Assembly: GCA_030295235.1 (NCBI GenBank) | Contig: AP026179.1 | Location: 124,001-188,000, forward strand | Source of the DNA: Fistulifera solaris | Lineage: Eukaryota | Length of the DNA stretch: 64,000 nucleotides | Reading direction: 5' to 3' | In this document: positions 60,645 through 64,000 of the stretch, piece by piece | Numbering within the stretch: the first letter of the stretch is position 1 | How the letters are laid out: every line of letters begins with the position of its first letter | Program-made: the position numbers and the translations under genes | Notes under the pieces: generated by a model | What the model was told of the DNA's origin: nothing | The model's input: the letters and a program-made list of their open reading frames with translations, nothing else | Databases searched by the model: none

Positions 60645-62444
60645 CTAGTACTGTTTATTCTCGTCGTGGCACATGGCGACTCCCATGAGTTTAAACGTCG
60701 TTCCTTGAACCAATTTAACGGTCATTTTGGAATAGGTACCAGGTTCCACCGTATGAATGTACATTTCGCTCGTTTTCTTGTCATGAAATCCCGTTAATGA
60801 AAAGGAGTGTGGTCCTTCCATGGACTCCATCGACACTTGCACGGTCGAATGTTCCCATTTGGGTCCATAACTTTTGAGATAAAACAATGTCATTTGGGTG
60901 GGAGCAGTTGTGGGCAATTGCAACACCATTTTCGATCCCAAAGAATCCGGCATCCATCCCAATTTATCACCCCGTTTCGTATCATCCATCAAGGTCCAGG
61001 AAGAAGATACGAGTACTTTTTGAAACAAGGATTGAATGGCACGATATTCGGCTTTGGCTGACAAGGGAGGATGATGTAACGATAGGCCACTTACCCAAAC
61101 AAATGGACATTTGGTCGAACACGCGGACGACGATTTTGTTTCGTTCGATCGCCACAAATCGGTCACTTGTTCCAAGGTCAAATCAGGTGTCAACTTGGGT
61201 GGTAATCTGTTTGAGGGTACCGGTCGCGGCATCTTGGGCCACCGTGGGAATCTGCTTTCATCGGTTTCCAAAGGAGATAATCCGGGTGGGATACTATGAT
61301 CGTGGTAGTTCAATGTGCGTTCGTAGTCATGGACCTGCCAGGACTCCAATGTACAAGTCTGGGTCGTTAAGACCAAGAAATGATACGCGACTAACCACGC
61401 TGTGACCATGTGCATACTTTGACTGGGATGAATTTCCCGTTGCATCTTTGTTTGTGATGATGAAGAAGAAGTGTACCATTTTCCGGGACTGAATACGGAT
61501 TCGTGCGTATCGCCATACACGAGATCGCGGGCAAGATTGGCATAGGACAGAAAGGAGAAGCCGTAATATTGCGATAACACATGAATGCTTTGGGTCAATG
61601 CGGTCGTCGCCAAGATTTCCGGTTGTTCATTGCCGAGATAGTCATCCACCCATATTAACAGTGGTGGTTGTCCACAGGAAAGTGCCGCGCGCACAAATTC
61701 TTGACTCATATCGAACACCAACTCGTGCAAGGTTCGATTGGACGATTGAGCTTGGAGGATGGATTGCACGTGCATATCATTCGTCGCATACGCATTGATG
61801 ATAATATCCGGTGGTTGTGGTAGTATATAATAATCCGACAAGAAGGACAACAAAGCTGTTCCTGTGGCTGTGTTGGAACCAGCAATGGCGAAATTGTAAA
61901 CTTTTACAGTCTTTAGACCCATTTGTTGCAAGAATTGTTCCAATCGATACGGCCAAGCACAATTTCGCATTTGTGTCTTGACGGTAAAACAATTGACACC
62001 CATGGTCACTGAACCACCCAAAACGACAATGGATATTTCTTCTCCACGTTCTAGTTTGTGTTGTAAGCGCTCCAGAGTCGACCATTGTCTGGTCATAGTC
62101 GATTGACTGAGCGGCAATCGGGGTGTCACGAGACGCAACAATTCGGTGACTTTATTGCGCAACACAAAATCACGATCGGGTGGCAACCGACTGGCGGAAA
62201 CGATTTGAGAAATGTGTTGTGTCCATAATGCGAGTGCCGAAGAGTGTTGCAATAGGGTTGAGCACGTACTATTGTTGTTGGGGTACGGCAATTCCGGGGG
62301 TCGTCGTTCCAGGTATAATATCGCCGATGATGATGATGATTCGATTGGACATTCAAAGACACGGAGGGCGGTATACAAAAGAAACCATCCAAAGGCATGC
62401 AACAAACAACCACGTTGTTGAATATTCCTGGAGTTTCGTTTCAT
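60645..62444 (-). CDS. Type II membrane SGNH-hydrolase-like protein
   Basis: N-terminal TM, VVLGGSVTMG (block I), NFAIAGSNT, NAYATND, EIHP. Confidence 0.75.
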   Translation of the reverse strand: MKRNSRNIQQRGCLLHAFGWFLLYTALRVFECPIESSSSSAILYLERRPPELPYPNNNSTCSTLLQHSSALALWTQHISQIVSASRLPPDRDFVLRNKVTELLRLVTPRLPLSQSTMTRQWSTLERLQHKLERGEEISIVVLGGSVTMGVNCFTVKTQMRNCAWPYRLEQFLQQMGLKTVKVYNFAIAGSNTATGTALLSFLSDYYILPQPPDIIINAYATNDMHVQSILQAQSSNRTLHELVFDMSQEFVRAALSCGQPPLLIWVDDYLGNEQPEILATTALTQSIHVLSQYYGFSFLSYANLARDLVYGDTHESVFSPGKWYTSSSSSQTKMQREIHPSQSMHMVTAWLVAYHFLVLTTQTCTLESWQVHDYERTLNYHDHSIPPGLSPLETDESRFPRWPKMPRPVPSNRLPPKLTPDLTLEQVTDLWRSNETKSSSACSTKCPFVWVSGLSLHHPPLSAKAEYRAIQSLFQKVLVSSSWTLMDDTKRGDKLGWMPDSLGSKMVLQLPTTAPTQMTLFYLKSYGPKWEHSTVQVSMESMEGPHSFSLTGFHDKKTSEMYIHTVEPGTYSKMTVKLVQGTTFKLMGVAMCHDENKQY

Positions 62445-63550
62445 GGTCCAAGACGCTCGTTTGGAAACGATTCATTGCATCTTCTTTTGTGACGAGTGAA
62501 TCGTCGTCGTTGTTGTCGTCTTTCATACTTTTGTAGTAGTGTCTTCAAACATTCGTCAAAACGTTTGTCACTGCGACTTAAGAGAGTTTTGTTACTACCT
62601 AAGAGTATACCGCACGGGATTCAGGAGTCATTCCTTTGTACTCCGTATGTTTATAAACGCGACTTGTGGTTCTCGATAATTATTTGTTTGTCTTTTCTCA
62701 CAACAATAATATGACTTGATATAATTTACCTTATTTCACTCGATCTTTTCAAAAGTCCTTTCTTTTTTCCTTCCAAAAACTCCAAAGCGATCAGTTCATA
62801 CTATAGTAATATCTGAAGAAATAGCGACCAAAACGGGTCTCGTAACAAAACACCGTCTTACCGTATGCTTTACATACCAAAATAACCAGCAACCAGCATC
62901 CTCTCTTGAGAACCGATTGATTTTGGCTTCCTGCGCCTTCCGAAAAAAAAAAAGTTGGTAAAGCATTTTTTCAAGTTGGTTGGTCGGGCATTCGTTTGGG
63001 TTTGTTGTCATCAAAAGAGGATTTTTTGACACAATTCGTGACGTGACATAGACTGTAAAAATCCATCCTCCCAAGGAAAATCATTGGGCGTCACGGTTTT
63101 GTGGTGGTTCGACAATTTCGTTCAAAGTGTGGCTTTGGTTGAATAAACCCAAAAGAATAGAACGCTTTTTCGTATCCTTTAATAAAAAGTAGAACAAGAC
63201 AGAGGTTGGCTAGGAACATATCACATAGGATGTGTTCATGAGACAAAACAAATCGACTTGGTTCCCCTGCGGTCACTGAAAAAAATACAAATGAGGAGAC
63301 GAGAGACGAGTGATGGAGCACCGGTACTGAAACGAGACTCCTTTGACCCGTGACTCGATTTTTACGTTTCCTACTCGTCGAACGGGTTCCTCCTTTGTCC
63401 TCATCTGCTCCTTTATTTTTTTGGTTGTTGCATTTTTATCTCCTTCCAACTTTGAGCCCTTTCGTATCTCCAGCCTTCCTTCAACGGAAACGCCAGCTAT
63501 TTCACAATCTAGTCCCTCCTTGATGGATAGACTTTCAAGACGAAGAAAAA

Positions 63551-64000
63551 ATGACGACGACAGAAGAAGAAACGTTGGCTTCGTTGACACGCGTGTCTCA
63601 CAAATTAGCGCTCACGACCCCCGATCGATTGGGGTCGGTCGTCGACAAGTTATTGCCCAGATTATTGCAACGTTTAGGGGACTCTTCTTCTACCTCTGAA
63701 ATCCAGAAGAAATTGATGGAAATATTGAGTCATATCATGAAACGCGTCAAAGAAGATACGAGTATCCCTTTGCCGTGTGAAGCAATGTTGCAACTCTTCT
63801 TTCTTCCTGATGATACAAACAAGTATCAACGCAATGTCGAAATGCATCCAATGACATTACACTTCACCTTGGCATTTTTAGCTGTCGGAGTCCCCCGCTG
63901 TACTATAAATCCATTTCCGTTGTTGCCGTATCTGGTGGCCAGTCAAACCTTCCACATAGCGACACTTGCGAAAAAATCACAATCGCATTCCATGGCGCAT
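63551..64000 (+). CDS. ECM29: Proteasome adaptor ECM29, N-terminus (runs off the window)
   Basis: EEETLASLTRVSHKLAL..LGSVVDKLLPRLLQRLG, then after a frameshift near 63680 QKKLMEILSHIMKRVK..IPLPC..LHFTLAFL. Confidence 0.72.
   Translation, partial: MTTTEEETLASLTRVSHKLALTTPDRLGSVVDKLLPRLLQRLGDSSSTSEIQKKLMEILSHIMKRVKEDTSIPLPCEAMLQLFFLPDDTNKYQRNVEMHPMTLHFTLAFLAVGVPRCTINPFPLLPYLVASQTFHIATLAKKSQSHSMAH

Noticed and set aside
3384..64000. Programmed frameshifting or mass pseudogenisation suggested by many split ORFs
   Set aside because: Breaks hit conserved housekeeping genes (PheRS-beta, Miro, ECM29), often at short homopolymers, with no shared slippery motif. Sequencing indels are the simpler explanation.

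Overview
Gene-dense eukaryotic nuclear DNA, very probably from a diatom or close ochrophyte. The evidence is short GT-AG introns (mostly 65-90 nt), several bipartite signal+transit presequences (ASAFAP-like), a domain-swapped type III metacaspase, a theta-type carbonic anhydrase and two DUF6824-like proteins. About 30 protein-coding loci are recognisable, including eEF2, PheRS-beta, Miro, a kinesin, PP2C, an ABC-F ATPase, a plastid acyl-activating enzyme, Nse1 and the start of ECM29. There is also a decayed M43 metalloprotease and a decayed non-LTR retrotransposon fragment. Many conserved genes carry 1-bp frameshifts, often at homopolymers, which most likely reflect unpolished assembly, so some CDS boundaries are approximate. 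No tRNA, rRNA or CRISPR array was seen. Best leads: bacterial-type proteins with apparent plastid presequences (truncated RqcH/NFACT, a RecB/Cas4-like Fe-S nuclease, an NMO/FabK-fold flavoenzyme with a Cys tail), a type III metacaspase with a polybasic+CaaX tail, a RING-less Nse1, and a ~2 kb AT-rich island that could be a centromere. All family calls come from motif recognition, not database searches.
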